64,000 nt of DNA from Eledone cirrhosa (GCA_964016885.1 OZ024747.1:48732001-48796000); one strand, 5' to 3'; positions 41,521-55,414 are shown, counted from the stretch's first letter. The notes: a model not told the origin generated them from the letters alone. A program made the numbers and translations.

Positions 41521-41879
41521 CAACTATTGCACCAAGAAAAATAAAACGTTAGTGTGATAGTAGAGAGGAGAGGGTGTGGGGTTAAAGAGTTTCACACTAT
41601 CAATTATTCTTTAACCATTCTTATAGGCGAAGGTTTTGATGTTTACCATACATGGGGGTAGAGAAGGTATATATAGAGGAACAGAAAGAGATTAAGAGTA
41701 AGCTAGTGTGGGTAAGGAGGAACGGAATTTAAAAAAAGGGGATTCTTTTGAATACTATTGATCCATTGGGTGTCAAAAGTTCAAAGGTCACAGAAAATGA
41801 ACCAAATAGGACAAATAGGATATAGTAAAACCTAGATATTAGGGATCGAATCTTGTTCTAGTCCAGTTTGTATTTAGTG

Positions 41880-43385
41880 AAGGTTTTTAGGACCTTATGA
41901 TTGCAATCAAATATCCTATCGTGCCGGTCGCTATTTCAATTACTTCCGCCAAACATAGTTCACTGGGGCGTCTTTTATTCTGGTATGGACGGTCGAATTT
42001 TAGCATGGACCATTGTAGTGTGTATTCAATATTAGTGCGTGTCAGATCCCAGATTTCTTTCGCCGGGGTCATAGATCTAGCTAAACTGGGTTTTTTAAAT
42101 GTGTGTGTGTGTGCACATACCATCTTTTCTTGAAAATATTCAAAGTGGAATCCACATATTTATATATCCCCAGTTTAGATTTTACCACACATTGATAAAT
42201 GATATTTTTATACAAGCATTTACCCGAATTGCTGGGAATTTTGCAGTTGCAGTTTGTCCGTGCATAGTGTGTGGTTTTCTCCTTGTTCCAGTGTTGGGGG
42301 TGTTATTCCGGGTATTTTGTCATTCCGTATATGCGCGTAAAGTGGAAGAGACGTTGGTATTTGCGGCTGCCGGTCTGCTCAGTGTTAGAGGCTGCTGATG
42401 TTGCTGAAGTTTAAGATTATATCCGGAATTCCGTTGGCTGTTGGTATTGCCGTACCTGCGGGGGCATTTGTTATTTAATTTCATGATGAAACTGCCCAGG
42501 TTAGCTGCGGTGGAATAGGATAGTCGGATCGTGTCTCTATTTAGTATTTTATGGAATTTATGGAATAAGTTTGAAGAAGAGATAGGATAGCTTACTAGTT
42601 ACCAGATCGTTGTGCGGGGGATTATACCATAGGAATGATTTTGTGCGGGACCTCCTTTGTGTTTTCTTAGCAGTATTATTATTTGTCTCGCTACTGTGGG
42701 GCTTTGAGCCGTTGGTATTTTAATTTACAAATTTTGTGTGGTATGCCTGTCATGTTTCCCTATTGGCGTGGTTGGATTTTCCTCGCATGGTGTATCTGGA
42801 AGAAATTTTAGTGGTTCATCATAACCGGCTCTACGTAGACCAACGTTGTAGTAGTCCGCGTGTGCCTTGGAAGAGGATTCAGAGGCAGACAATCTGGAGA
42901 TCCTAAGTGATACATTTTTAACAATAGAGCTAGTGATAGTCCTAGGAGGGTTAGACCAACGATTAACATAGTTTAGGTTATCATTAGATTTATTGAAGAG
43001 TTCATATATGTCGGAGTTAATGTCGAGAGTATCATCTAAAATGTTGATGCGTTTAAGGTTATGGTCAAAAGTTACTTTAAGGCTCATGCGTTGAAAGAAG
43101 GATCTAATAGCTTTCATTCTTCTTTCCAATTGCTGACCATTGAAGTTCTTAACGAGTAGGAGAGCAGGGAATTCTAGATGAAACATGTGCATAAGACATG
43201 TTCCTACAAGATCCGTTACTTGGGCCAAGTCACTCGAACCCATAGTTATATGAAAGTCGTTTTGACTATCCTTACGTGTCCAGTACTCATTGTCAAACAT
43301 TATGATCGAACGTCTAGCAGTTGAAATTATATCGACTTCATTTCTAGTTAATTTGGAATTGTGCATCGCGAATATAAGGGCCATA
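41880..43385 (-). pseudogene. Degraded Naiad-type PLE RT-GIY-YIG remnant, with an inverted pLTR-end stub at its 5' break (43388-43405)
   Basis: ITMGSSDLAQVTDLVG, NYVNRWSNPP..IVKNVSLRISRLS, WYNPP, ILNRDTIRLSYST, CNCK..GKCLYK, ELCLAE. Confidence 0.85.
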
Positions 43386-43397
43386 TTGAATCTGTTA

Positions 43398-43481
<84 letters not shown>

Positions 43482-43899
43482 TGTATACATACACACAATG
43501 TATGTGGTATATTTCAGTCTTCTACATATGCTATGTATAGGTACTTTTCTATAGTGCAGTGTAGTACTGAGATCTGTAATATGTCATATATAAATGTTAT
43601 TCAATGCCTATCGCAGCGCATGCGTAACTGAACTACTTTGCATGATAACTCAAAAGAATAAAAATCAAATGCTGATCGTATTAGGTGACAGTAAAAATAA
43701 TATTTATTGATTGATAGCAGGCATAATTAAATAGTGACTCAGATACTTGGACAACGAGAAACCTAACAAGATATGTATCTATTGAGTTACCATAACCTCT
43801 TAGCTATATATGTATGTATATATATGTGTATGTGTATCTATGTATATATTTATGTATGTATGTATATATATATATACCAGTTATATATATATATATATA

Positions 43900-44480
43900 T
43901 ACCAGTTGGTGCTACTGGTAACATGTATCCCAGTACAACCTGCCTCATGGTCGGGTCGTTGGCGACTAAACTGGCAACCCCACCAAGGTTTCTTGGTGAG
44001 GAGGGTGACTTTGGACATCCTGCAGGACTAAAAACAAAACCTGTCAAAGGGCAAAGGAGCTCTTAAGAGTCAATGGCCATCCAAAATCACCGGGAGAGAT
44101 GACCCCTTAGCCTTTGTCAAGGCAGAATTCTAGGAGAAGGAAAACTCTGATATAACACCTGCAACCCTGATGGTATCCAATGATGTTGACTTTTTCTTCT
44201 TTTTGGTAAATGTCATCTTGGTTAAGAGAGTGGGACTGGCTTTGTGCAGTGCCTTTGCTCACTATAAAAGCTTCACGGCACAGGCATTGCTTTATATCTG
44301 GAGATCTCTCTGCACTTGTCGTCACATGGTACCATGGCCCCAGCACTATGTGTGAATAATTGTCACAAGTGTAGTGTTTCTACCAGAGTTTTCAATTCGC
44401 TGGCTGGACTAAAGTCACACTCGTTCAGCGCATCGGTAGGGGTTCTCCTACATGGATATAAGGTAGTGGCCGTACTCGAA
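43900..44480 (+). mobile_element. Internally deleted RTE-like element (5'UTR-like head and SLAGLKSH 3' end)
   Basis: 3' CHKCSV..FNSLAGLKSH resembles 11203-11270; flanked by (TA)n; head assignment is weaker. Confidence 0.5.
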
Positions 44481-44496
44481 AACGAGTTGGCAGCCA

Positions 44497-44568
<72 letters not shown>

Positions 44569-44745
44569 ATAAACAACTTCGTTTTTAAATATAAAAACTG
44601 GAAAGAAGTAGGTGAGGAAGCTAAAACAGCTCAAAATACGGTAATTTATTATAATAAACAGTACATAAAGCTATGTATCATACTTCTTTAAAAGTAAATC
44701 AATACTTAATGTAAAATTGTATTTGGTAATACTTTTATACGTATA

Positions 44746-45509
44746 TCTGTATATATATATAAAGACGAAGTTTTCTGTATGTGTGTGTATGTGTGTGTGG
44801 ACAATTTTTAATGAGGGCTCATATATTCTAAACCATTCATGCGATTTCTTTGAAATTTTTTACAGAGCTTCTCCTTGCACAAAACCTGTACATGGTCTAG
44901 GCTTTCAAAAATCGATATTAGCGCCTTTGGAGACATTAAAAAAGTTTCGGTTATCTGTGTGAATTTTCGTGATTAAGTAAGACAAGAATTATCTTTAAGT
45001 AAGACAAGAGTTATCTTTCGTAATTCGGCTCATTCGGATTTTAATTTACTCTTTGTATTTGAAACAAAAGGTACGCTTTCTTGAGACTAACAATATCATT
45101 TTGTATATTTCACAACCAGCAATTTCTAACAGATTACTAAGTTAAGTTATAGATTTGACATTGTATAATTTATCGTTTCAAGCTTGATGTTCATACATTA
45201 AGTGATGTCATAACTTTTACAATATTATGCTTTGTACATAATAGTGCCTATTATTCACTTCACTTCTCTATTTCATGATGCGCTTTTACTGTTGTCAAAA
45301 AAATTTATACCTAAACTGGATTTCTGTTGTTACATGGTATAACGAATGACACCGAGCTCACATATTAATTATTTCGCTGGAATAGTACCTAAGGTTTTCA
45401 TGTTTACATAAAGTAGGTTTTTCTTCTATGTATTCAAATTTACTTTGTTTAGTTTAATGAGCTACATCGAAAACTACTTGAACCGTCCAGAGGACGGGTA
45501 GTTTAGCTA

Positions 45510-45510
<1 letters not shown>
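44746..45510 (+). mobile_element. Non-autonomous Helitron
   Basis: 5' A|TC then tatata/tgtg; 3' hairpin CCGTCC-AGA-GGACGG (45483-45497) and terminal CTAG|T at 45507-45510; no TSD. Confidence 0.75.
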
Positions 45511-45585
<75 letters not shown>

Positions 45586-45818
45586 ATTAAGACAATGGAG
45601 ACGGTTTCATATATTCAGCATCAATTTATTCCTTTACATAATCCCGTTTTGTAAATTTCAAAGGTATCAAAAGGTCGTTATTCAGCAATCATTTGTGTTT
45701 ATATATACGTGAATACGCAGCTGAAACTCCAGAGTAACAAGACACAGAAATTATTCATTATGAAGAACACACTTACACACACATACACCACACACGCACA
45801 CACATACACCCACTCACA

Positions 45819-45886
<68 letters not shown>

Positions 45887-45906
45887 TGTGTGCGTGTGTG
45901 CCTGTG

Positions 45907-45959
<53 letters not shown>

Positions 45960-46376
45960 TTGACCTCCGTCGATTCCAACATCATTAAGTAGGGGATATA
46001 GCAATATACTGGGCCTATTCCATAACCAGTAATATCGATCACAATAAACACTTCATAGCATTACATGTGATTATTTAAAGTGGTTTCCACTGAATATAGT
46101 ACAGTATATCGTTCCAGCCATCCATCAGTTTATGATTTTACATAGGGAGCTCAGCTAATCCAATGTTGGTCATTTGAATCTGGTGGAAAGACAGCAACAG
46201 TGCATTAGATACAGAAAATGTTGAAACCCCGATCCCAGTACAGATGTCGTATTTTATTTAGTAACTGCGAAAGGATGAAACCGATACTAGCGACTCTGGC
46301 AATTTACTGCCTTGCTATATAGAACTCATTATAGAACACAATAGGGATTAAAATGAGTTGTCGCTGCTGCTATTTA

Positions 46377-46569
46377 CAAGGGTTGGCTGAAAAGTCCATA
46401 GGCTGGCTAGGAAGGATGATGCTAAAGCTGTAAAGTCTTGCATGCATTAATTTCAACTTTTCTTATTAATGCATTGTTCCTTTCCAGGGACTATGTTGAA
46501 AAATATACCTCATTTGGTCTTCCCAAGAGAGAATCTTGGGTAGCCTATGAAGTTTTCAGCGGACCTTCG
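46377..46569. mobile_element. Tc1/mariner-type MITE with ~28-bp imperfect TIRs and TA target duplication
   Basis: TA-caagggttggctgaaaagtccataggct ... agcctatgaagttttcagcggaccttcg-TA. Confidence 0.75.
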
Positions 46570-47211
46570 TACACACATGTCTGGATTATATGTTAAGTCA
46601 GACGGCCTACTGGTTAACGTATAACGTTTCTGAACCGGGCGGCGTGTTGTATTCTTCAGCAAATCTCTCCATTTCACGTTATGATAGCTATTAACTTCAA
46701 CCTTTAATCTGGCATATATAACTTAACTTGTCAAGAAACCTCAGATTTCCATGCTGCAAAATGCGCTGAGAACATTTTTTCCTCCTAAGCTTTGCCGGAG
46801 GACAGAAGCGTTACAAGAGAAACGACCGAAAACCCAGAAATGATTGATTGTACAAACGTAAGAACACTTAACACGCATGGAAACTTCTGATTTATAATCG
46901 ACATTATATACTGAGTTTATAATTAATGTAGAAGAAGAAATAAGCATCAATTCGTATAGGAAGGCTTCTGTGTTACTGCAGTTGCTGTTACTGTTGTTGA
47001 TGCTGCGACTACTACCATTGTTACTGCTACTGGTGTTGCTAGTGCTATTATAGAGTGTATATGCAGAATAAATTCGAAAGTAATTAACAGCAACTTAGCA
47101 AAGAGACCAGTTAAATTCTTTGACAACCAACGACAAGAGAAGATTTAGAATAAAAGAATAAATTTGAATTGAAATTACTGGTGGCAGAGGTGAATCACCT
47201 TATATATATAT

Positions 47212-47365
47212 ATTAAAATAGGATGAACACCCTTTAAAGACGGAAAAAGAAGTTGCAATCGTCCTCATAGTGGCCGATGGCAACTTCTTTTTCCGTCTTT
47301 TAAGGGTGTTCATTCTATTTTATAAGCTATCTTTATAGCATTTCTGCGCTTGAGCACTTTCTTTA
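47212..47365. mobile_element. Short fold-back element next to (TA)n with a tail
   Basis: aaaataggatgaacaccc...gaagttgc pairs with gcaacttc...gggtgttcattctatttt. Confidence 0.7.
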
Positions 47366-47764
47366 TACTAATTATTAAATTCGGCTTCGTACATTATGTA
47401 TATATTTCTGTGCATTTCGAACTTATGATTCTCATCTCATTGATTTTCTCACTGGTTTTCTGCGGTAAATTGTTTACGTTCCTTGTGTTTGATAAATTGT
47501 TTTTGTTGATATTTTATTGATATTGTGTCCGGCCATGCTGTTTGTAGCAAATCCTTGTAAAATAAATTATGTATTTAGTCGGATATCTCTACGAATTTGA
47601 ATAAAAGGTGTTTTCAGTGGATATAGTTAGAAGAATAACCAGCTATTCAACATGACTGATAGTTGTGGCATTTCTGTCGGAGATAGTATTAATCTTAAAT
47701 TTAATCAATATTCACCCACGTCAAAATGTGCGACTGATTGCGTTGACTGATTGAGTATGTATGT

Positions 47765-48187
47765 GTGTATGTTCTTCTGGTTTTATAATTTCACGGATTT
47801 TTGCCAATAGAGAGAGTCGGTTTCTAACATAGATACAAGTCTCTCTCATTGGAATTTATACAACATCAACTAAGTAGATATGTATTAATGTCTGCATGCA
47901 TGCATCTGTGCAGGTATGGATGTTAATGTATGTGTGGATGTGGATGTTTTGATTTGTATGTGTGCATGTGCATATGCTTTGAATCTGTACAAGTGTATAT
48001 GCAGTTATTAAATGCAGAATTTTGGGAATTTTTTACATATTTTTACTGTTCCATTAATGGATTGTACTTGTAATTTCCTAAGTAGTCGTGTTCTTTCTGT
48101 TTCTGTGAAGCCCAGCTTCTCAAGATTTGTATTGGGGCAGTTACTAACATATCCCAGTGCACCAATAATCACAGGTATAAATCTGAT
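47765..48187 (-). mobile_element. 3' end of the same R4/Dong-like LINE as 19812-21670, bounded by (TATG)n
   Basis: RFIPVIIGALGYVSN..LQVQSINGTVKICKKF plus the same 3'UTR. Confidence 0.88.
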
Positions 48188-48269
48188 GTATGTATGTGTG
48201 TGTGTATGTATGTGTGTATGTGTATATATATATGTATGATGTGTGTATATATATTTATGTATGAGTGTA

Positions 48270-48302
<33 letters not shown>

Positions 48303-48432
48303 ATATGTATATATGCAGGAATTTTGATGTTATAACTCATCTCTCTCTCTCAGTTTTTTTACATTTCCCTAAGCATCATTCTTTACGCTACCCAATTTCC
48401 TATTGCCGGCATCCTTACACACACGCACGCGT

Positions 48433-48518
<86 letters not shown>

Positions 48519-49114
48519 ATACACACAAACACAGACACAGACACACACACACACACATATAATTGGAAGAGGTGGGGGTAGTGATGCATACATGTGTATA
48601 CGTTTGCATGGTTAGTTTTAAATAGTGTCTGCATTCTTTTTCATTCTACTGCTAGCTGCAATGGGAGACAGTATTCAGTCACGTGATAGTCATACTGAAG
48701 ACGGAAGTCAGACGCTTCTTCTGTCTTATATCATGACAGCAATGTTGGAGGTCCGGAAATTAAGTATTTGACAGGAAATAAATAAAACGGTGATGACTTT
48801 TGACCAGTGACCGGCCGACACGTAATACCACGTAACAAAATAAGCTCCTTCTTTCGCTGTCATTTATTGTTTTACAGAAAACAAAGAATTAATGATTTAT
48901 CATAAACAAGTGCATGTTGGTACTGTGTTTTGTTTTTCTTGTTGTTGTTGTCGCTGATGTTTAGCCCTAAGTAACGCTTCCCCGAGCAGATATATGTTAG
49001 GTTAGGGATTGTAAGAACCGTTAAACGTCAACTCTGTTTTTTTATACTTTCGGGATCACTAAATAAAGGGCGATGAATTGACGGAATTGTTAACGAGTCG
49101 GATATGATGATTTG

Positions 49115-51020
49115 CAATATCTCTCCTGTGTCTGTGTGTTCTCAGTTCAAACGTCCCTTCATTCGGCCAGGAGTTGAGCTCGATATCTCTTCTGTCTCTG
49201 CGTGTTCTTAGTTCAAACACCAATTCATTCAGCCAGGAGTTGAGCTCGATATATCTTCTGTCTCTGTGTGTTCTCAGTTCAAACGTCCCTTCATTCGGCC
49301 AGGAGTTGAGCTCGATATCTCTTCTGTTTCTGTGTGTTCTCAGTTCAAACGTCCCTTCATTCGGCCAGGAGTTGAGCTCGATATCTCTTCTGTTTCTGTG
49401 TGTTCTCAGTTCAAACGTCCCTTCATTCGGCCAGGAGTTGAGCTCGATATCTCTTGTTTCTGTGTGTTCTTAGTTCAAACACCGCTTCATTTAACCAGGA
49501 GTTGAGCTCGATATCTTTTCTGTTTCTGCGTGTTCTTAGTTCAAACCCCGTTTCATTCAGCCAGGAGTTGAGCTCGATATATCTTCTGTCTCTGCGTGTT
49601 CTTAGTTCAAACACCGCTTCATTCAGCCAGGAGTTGAGCTCGATATATCTTCTGTCTCTGCGTGTTCTTAGTTCAAACCCCGCTTCGTTCAGCCAGGAGT
49701 TGAGCTCGATATATCTTCTGTCTCTGTGTGTTCTCAGTTCAAACGTCCCTTCATTCGGCCAGGAGTTGAGCTCGATATCTCTTGTTTCTGTGTGTTCTTA
49801 GTTCAAACACCGCTTCATTTAACCAGGAGTTGAGCTCGATATCTTTTCTGTTTCTGCGTGTTCTTAGTTCAAACCCCGCTTCATTCAGCCAGGAGTTGAG
49901 CTCGATATATCTTCTGTCTCTGCGTGTTCTTAGTTCAAACACCGCTTCATTCAGCCAGGAGTTGAGCTCGATATATCTTCTGTCTCTGCGTGTTCTTAGT
50001 TCAAACCCCGCTTCGTTCAGCCAGGAGTTGAGCTTGATATATCTTCTGTCTCTGTGTGTTCTCAGTTCAAACGTCCCTTCATTCGGCCAGGAGTTGAGCT
50101 CGATATCTCTTCTGTTTCTGTGTGTTCTTAGTTCAAACACCGCTTCATTTAACCAGGAGTTGAGCTCGATATCTCTTCTGTTTCTGTGTGTTCTCAGTTC
50201 AAACGTCCCTTCATTCGGCCAGGAGTTGAGCTCGATATCTCTTCTGTTTCTGCGTGTTCTTAGTTCAAACGCCCCTTCATTCAGCCAGGAGTTGAGCTCG
50301 ATATCTCTTCTGTCTCTGCGTGTTCTTAGTTCAAACCCCGCTTCATTCAGCCAGGAGTTGAGCTCGATATATCTTCTGTCTCTGCGTGTTCTTAGTTCAA
50401 ACCCCGCTTCGTTCAGCCAGGAGTTGAGCTCGATATCTCTTCTGTCTCTGCGTGTTCTTAGTTCAAACACCAATTCATTCAGCCAGGAGTTGAGCTCGAT
50501 ATATCTTCTGTCTCTGCGTGTTCTTAGTTCAAACACCGCTTCATTTAACCAGGAGTTGAGCTCGATATCTCTTCTGTTTCTGTGTGTTCTCAGTTCAAAC
50601 GTCCCTTCATTCGGCCAGGAGTTGAGCTCGATATCTCTTCTGTTCTGTGTGTTCTTAGTTCAAACACCGCTTCATTTAACCAGGAGTTGAGCTCGATATC
50701 TCTTCTGTTTCTGTGTGTTCTCAGTTCAAACGTCCCTTCATTCGGCCAGGAGTTGAGCTCGATATCTCTTCTGTTTCTGCGTGTTCTTAGTTCAAACGCC
50801 CCTTCATTCAGCCAGGAGTTGAGCTCGATATATCTTCTGTCTCTGCGTGTTCTTAGTTCAAACCCCGCTTCATTCAGCCAGGAGTTGAGCTCGATATATC
50901 TTCTGTCTCTGCGTGTTCTTAGTTCAAACACCAATTCATTCAGCCAGGAGTTGAGCTCGATATATCTTCTGTCTCTGTGTATTCTTAGTTCAAACACCAA
51001 TTCATTCAGCCAGGAGTTGA
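49115..51020. repeat. 66-bp minisatellite, about 29 copies, apparently derived from a SINE B-box region
   Basis: Unit gatatctcttctgt(t/c)tctg(t/c)gtgttct(c/t)agttcaaac-NNNNN-ttcatt(c/t)(a/g)(g/a)ccaggagttgagctc; 22-aa periodicity in the ORF track; preceded by a degenerate SINE head at 49068-49115. Confidence 0.92.
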
Positions 51021-52206
51021 AATTGGCTGATTGTGTCAGCAATAGAAACACCAACGGAAACAGAGATTTCTTGTTCCGATTTGACAATCGCTTCTTTTTC
51101 TATTATTTTAACCGTATAAAAAATGTTTAGCGGTATTTACTCTGATTCTCTGATTCATATTATATAATGCACCGAGTTCAACTCTGTTTTTCAACATTTC
51201 AGAGTCGATAATACCAATCTGGGAGTGGTCGTTTGGTGGAATTTTCAGAGCTACGGGTGAGATGTTTCGTAATATTTCAATCATCATGATCGTGGAAAGT
51301 ATTGTCTACATATTCAAATGGCAGTAAGATAATGGTATCGTCCTGCGACGAGAGAAGCTGTCGATAAAATAAAATACCAGCCAGGGGTGGTAGATTCAGA
51401 GAATTGTTAGAGCGACGGATACTATGACTGGTCGTATTTGATAATGGGTGTAAGCATGAAACTTTTGACCTTTGACTGAATATTGTAGCGTCAGGACTAT
51501 AATAAAACCACACATGTCACTACCATCAAAGTTATATATATACATATATATATATATACAGTATATGTATGTATATATATATATTTTAAAAAACATTTTA
51601 TCACCGAAAGACTCAACGCGCCGCCTCGTCTCGGAATCGAACTCAAGACTTTATGTTCGTGAGCCAAAGACACTAACCACCAAGCCACAGGACTCTACTC
51701 TATAATTATCATCTATTTAAAACAATAACAAACAATGTCATGGTTCAACTCAACTTCCTCTTCTTGTCGTGTCCACAAGAAAGCTTGGCTAGATGTATTT
51801 CTGCCACAGCTAAACACATTGCTGTCCTTTCTCATGAAACTCTGCCAAGTCCAATGCAGTACAGGGGTGTTCCAGCAGGGGTCATATCAGGAGGTGTTGC
51901 GTAGTCTGAGGCTCGATGCCGCAGTCACACACAACGTCCCCATCCTTTAAATATCTCCATTTTGCCAGATTAACGTTTGTACATCCAACACCAGATTTTA
52001 GTCTGTTTAAGCATTTCCACACTGTATAGTTTGTATCAGACGTCAAACTGAAACCTTTCCGAAATTGAAAGAAAAACGCTAAACAGTAGAATGGGATTCA
52101 GGGCTTTAACCATGAAATGGCTCCACTTCATTGTAACCAGATCCTGATTATGATTTGGTCATCATGTTACGCCCCCCCCCCCACACCTCCACAGAGGCTT
52201 ACATAA

Positions 52207-52237
<31 letters not shown>

Positions 52238-52596
52238 AATAAAACCCATGTTTTACTTATTTCATCATACGTATTTTTTGGCTTTTGAAAAAATATTAAA
52301 ACGTGTTTTTAGTGAAACATTATTTTTTCAGTCTAAATTGATCCTTGTCATAGGGCGGCAAGCACGTGGACCTCCATTTGCTTTTAAAAGTGAGAGATGG
52401 GGAGAACGAGAAAGACGGAGGCAGTGAGTGAAAGACAGAGAACATCAACACTTATTTATTTATTTGTATTTACAAAATATAAAACAATAGACTTCCAATA
52501 CCAAATTTCAAATAAGTTTCTTACGTCGGAGTTTAACCATGCACTTCAGCCAAAGGCCGTAAACCCAACGGTCAGTAGAAAGCCAACCAAACCAGA

Positions 52597-52643
<47 letters not shown>

Positions 52644-53218
52644 ATTAAGTACTGGCATTTATTTTAATGAACTTCCCCGAAATTTGCTGGCCTTGTGCCT
52701 AAATCATAAATCAATATTCGCTTTCATTCGTTTGTACTGTATCTAGTTCACTGATTCCAAAGTAAGTCTGTGTTTGGTCTAATCCTCTTATCTCGGTTTC
52801 TTTGTTTCTCTATGTTTCTGGATATATTAATGTTCTTAATTAATTTTCCTATCTTCAACGTTACCTTGATGTATTTCTCTCATCCGAACCACATAACAAT
52901 GCCTCTGGTAAATCAGTTTATTGTCTGTACTAGGTTTTGTAATTGTTTATCATTTTCAGTGAAGTAATAGAGAGCGCCTATATACAAAGATTGTTGATAA
53001 GCCACACGTATGAATGTATTGTCAAGAAAATTGCTTCGCAACCACGTAATATGGGGTGGCATGGACATCAGCTTTGTACGATTGTACGATAGCGTCGGAT
53101 TGACCTAAGGATTCTGAATGAAATAAATTTGCTTACGGAAACTCTTTGCAAACTCAATACACACACACACCTACACGCATATATATATAGTTATGTAATA
53201 AACAACATAAGATAATTA

Positions 53219-53291
53219 TTTCATTTACCAAAGGTTTCACGAAGACAGACGAGCTTGGCACATACGTATGCCTTCAATCGTCTGAATGAAA
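53219..53291 (-). ncRNA. Hammerhead-like motif with CAGACGA core, related to the 39930-40265 family
   Basis: UUUCAUU CAGACGA (long stem II) GAAA CC-UUU-GG UA AAUGAAA. Confidence 0.55.
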
Positions 53292-53339
53292 ACCTATATA
53301 TATATTACTCTTTTACCTGTTTCAGCCATGTGTGTATGT

Positions 53340-53580
53340 ATATTAATAAAAGGAATTCCAACTTTGTCTGATTTACTCGTTTTATTTATAATCCTTTAAA
53401 ATTTATAATGGTATTAGAATGAAATAATATGGTAGAATATTAAATGTTAAGTACTTGTTCAATTAACACTTAACATTTAATATTCTACCATACTATTTCA
53501 TTCTAATACCATTATAAATTTTAAAGGATTGTAAATAAAACGAGTAAATCAGACAAAGTTGGAATTCCTTTTATTAATAT
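53340..53580. mobile_element. AT-rich fold-back element (arms ~112 bp, 15-nt loop)
   Basis: Reverse-complement arms with 2 mismatches; no ribozyme core visible. Confidence 0.75.
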
Positions 53581-53888
53581 AATCTTCTATACACAATCAT
53601 ACACACCCCTGTGTATATATATATATATATATATATTAGAAAGTGAGGTTTTTTTTACAAAATGAAAAATAACCGAGGTGTCCTACACGAGTGAAAGTAT
53701 AAAGAAAAAAAGATGAAATCAAAAATGCAACTGGAGTCTTATTTAAAAAAAAATATATATATATTTATTTGGTTCCTTTACCGGTTTCGCAGTTCCTCTG
53801 CTTTTCAAAAGTAGAGTTGAGATGGAGGGTCTGTGGTTTTTCTCACATCAGATGTGAGAAAAACCACAGACCCTCCATCTCAACTCTA

Positions 53889-53924
53889 CTTTTGAAAAGC
53901 AGAAGAACTGCGAAACCGGTAAAG
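53889..53924 (+). ncRNA. Minimal hammerhead with U3-A8 compensatory core in fold-back 53698-54001; mirror copy at 53776-53811 (-)
   Basis: CUU UUGAAAA GCAG-AAGAA-CUGC GAAA CCGG UA AAG; palindromic stem III ACCGGU, GUA triplet. Confidence 0.75.
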
Positions 53925-53997
53925 GAACCAAATAAATATATATATATTTTTTTAAAATATGATTCCAGTTGCATTTTCGATTTCATCTTTTTTTCTT

Positions 53998-54046
<49 letters not shown>

Positions 54047-54639
54047 AACCAGAAAACAAAAACAAAAGATTACTTAGTTGTGGCGTTCAGATGGCCGATT
54101 TCGGGCAGTTCCTAGGTAAGCAGTTCCTGGAGTATTAATAATGAAAGAGTGAAGAATAAGACAGATAAACTATACTGTAGGGTTTATTCCATATGTTTCA
54201 TTGGCTAGTATGTAATTGGATCGCGTCTTAAAATCGCTATCTGCAATGATGATGTGACACTCAATTTTAAATACTGCTTATAACAGTCTAATTATCAAAA
54301 TACTGATTTCGGATGCGGCTATACTATGCATTCATAGTGAGGTATACAGATTAAGATGAAAAACAACAAGATGAGAAGCAAAATGAAATAAAAAATAATA
54401 AAACAAAATAAAATGAAAATATAGATATAGGTAGACAGACATTAAGATGAAAAATAACAGGATGAGAAACAAGATAAAATAAAATATAATAAAATAAAGT
54501 AAAATAGAATAAAAGATATAAACATATATCCGATGGGTAATAAAGATGAAGGGGTAAGAATGAAAATAATAATAAAACGGTCCAGGTTACGACCGCTTTT
54601 AAAAAGATTTAATTGCAGCATTTAATGAGTTAGGATTTA

Positions 54640-55414
54640 GGATCACAGTAGCTACTAACCTTACTAGCGTAGATTACTTAGATATAAATTTAGATCTTCG
54701 CACACATCAATTGCTTCTCACAACAAATTACTTACTCCCTTCTTAACAACAATAGAACAATAATTTGGTTCTCCTCACAAATCTCACTCAACGTTAAAAC
54801 TAATGTAGGTAAAAGATGTTTAGCCCTCTTAGATAGGCACTTTTCCAAAGGTCATAAATACCGCTCTATCTTTAGCAGACACAGGGTGAAACTGGGAAAC
54901 TCCTGTGCTAAGAATATGAAGGCCCACATTACCAACAACCCCAAGAGCGGAACCCAACCAGGATGCTCTTACCGAAGGCCTGAAGCTTGTCCCTTTCAAC
55001 AACAGTGCAACAAACCGGCTGTACTTTACGAAGCTGTAGTCACTTCTAACCGACCAAATTAACAACAAGAGGTCATATCCTATGTAGGTATGCTGGAGGG
55101 CCGGTTTTAAAGAGCGCTTCCTGAATCATCTGTCGACATTGAGACACCCGGACAAACGATCGTCCACGAAGCTCGAAAGCCACATATGGTCCCTCAAGGA
55201 AGCAGGCGTGGATTACTCCATTCAATGGAAAGTAATTACTAAGTCTAAGCCAGACGCTAACGGGAATATGTCTTATGGGCTGTGCATTGAAGAAAGAATC
55301 AATATCCTGAAGAGTTGGAGTAATAGTGCTTGTTTGAATACAAGGAATGGATTTTTCTCGCGTTGTCCACACGTTTCGAAACACCTGTTACATAATTTCA
55401 AAGCTCCAGACTGA
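54640..55414 (+). pseudogene. Degraded Naiad-type PLE C-terminus (GIY-YIG)
   Basis: CPFQQQC..VLYEAVV, YVGMLEGRFKERFLNH, STKLESHIWSLK..YSIQWKVI, LCIEERINIL, LNTRNGFFSRCPH. Confidence 0.8.

Noticed and set aside
48670-48840. Cluster of CACGTG, CGGAAGT and CACGTA motifs suggesting a promoter or enhancer
   Set aside because: These are short motifs with no transcript or conservation evidence and cannot be told from chance.
49115-51020. CRISPR-like look of the 66-bp array and its 260-300 aa ORFs on both strands
   Set aside because: The variable part is only ~5 nt and recurs among units, there are no cas genes and the context is eukaryotic; the ORFs arise from a stop-free unit divisible by 3.
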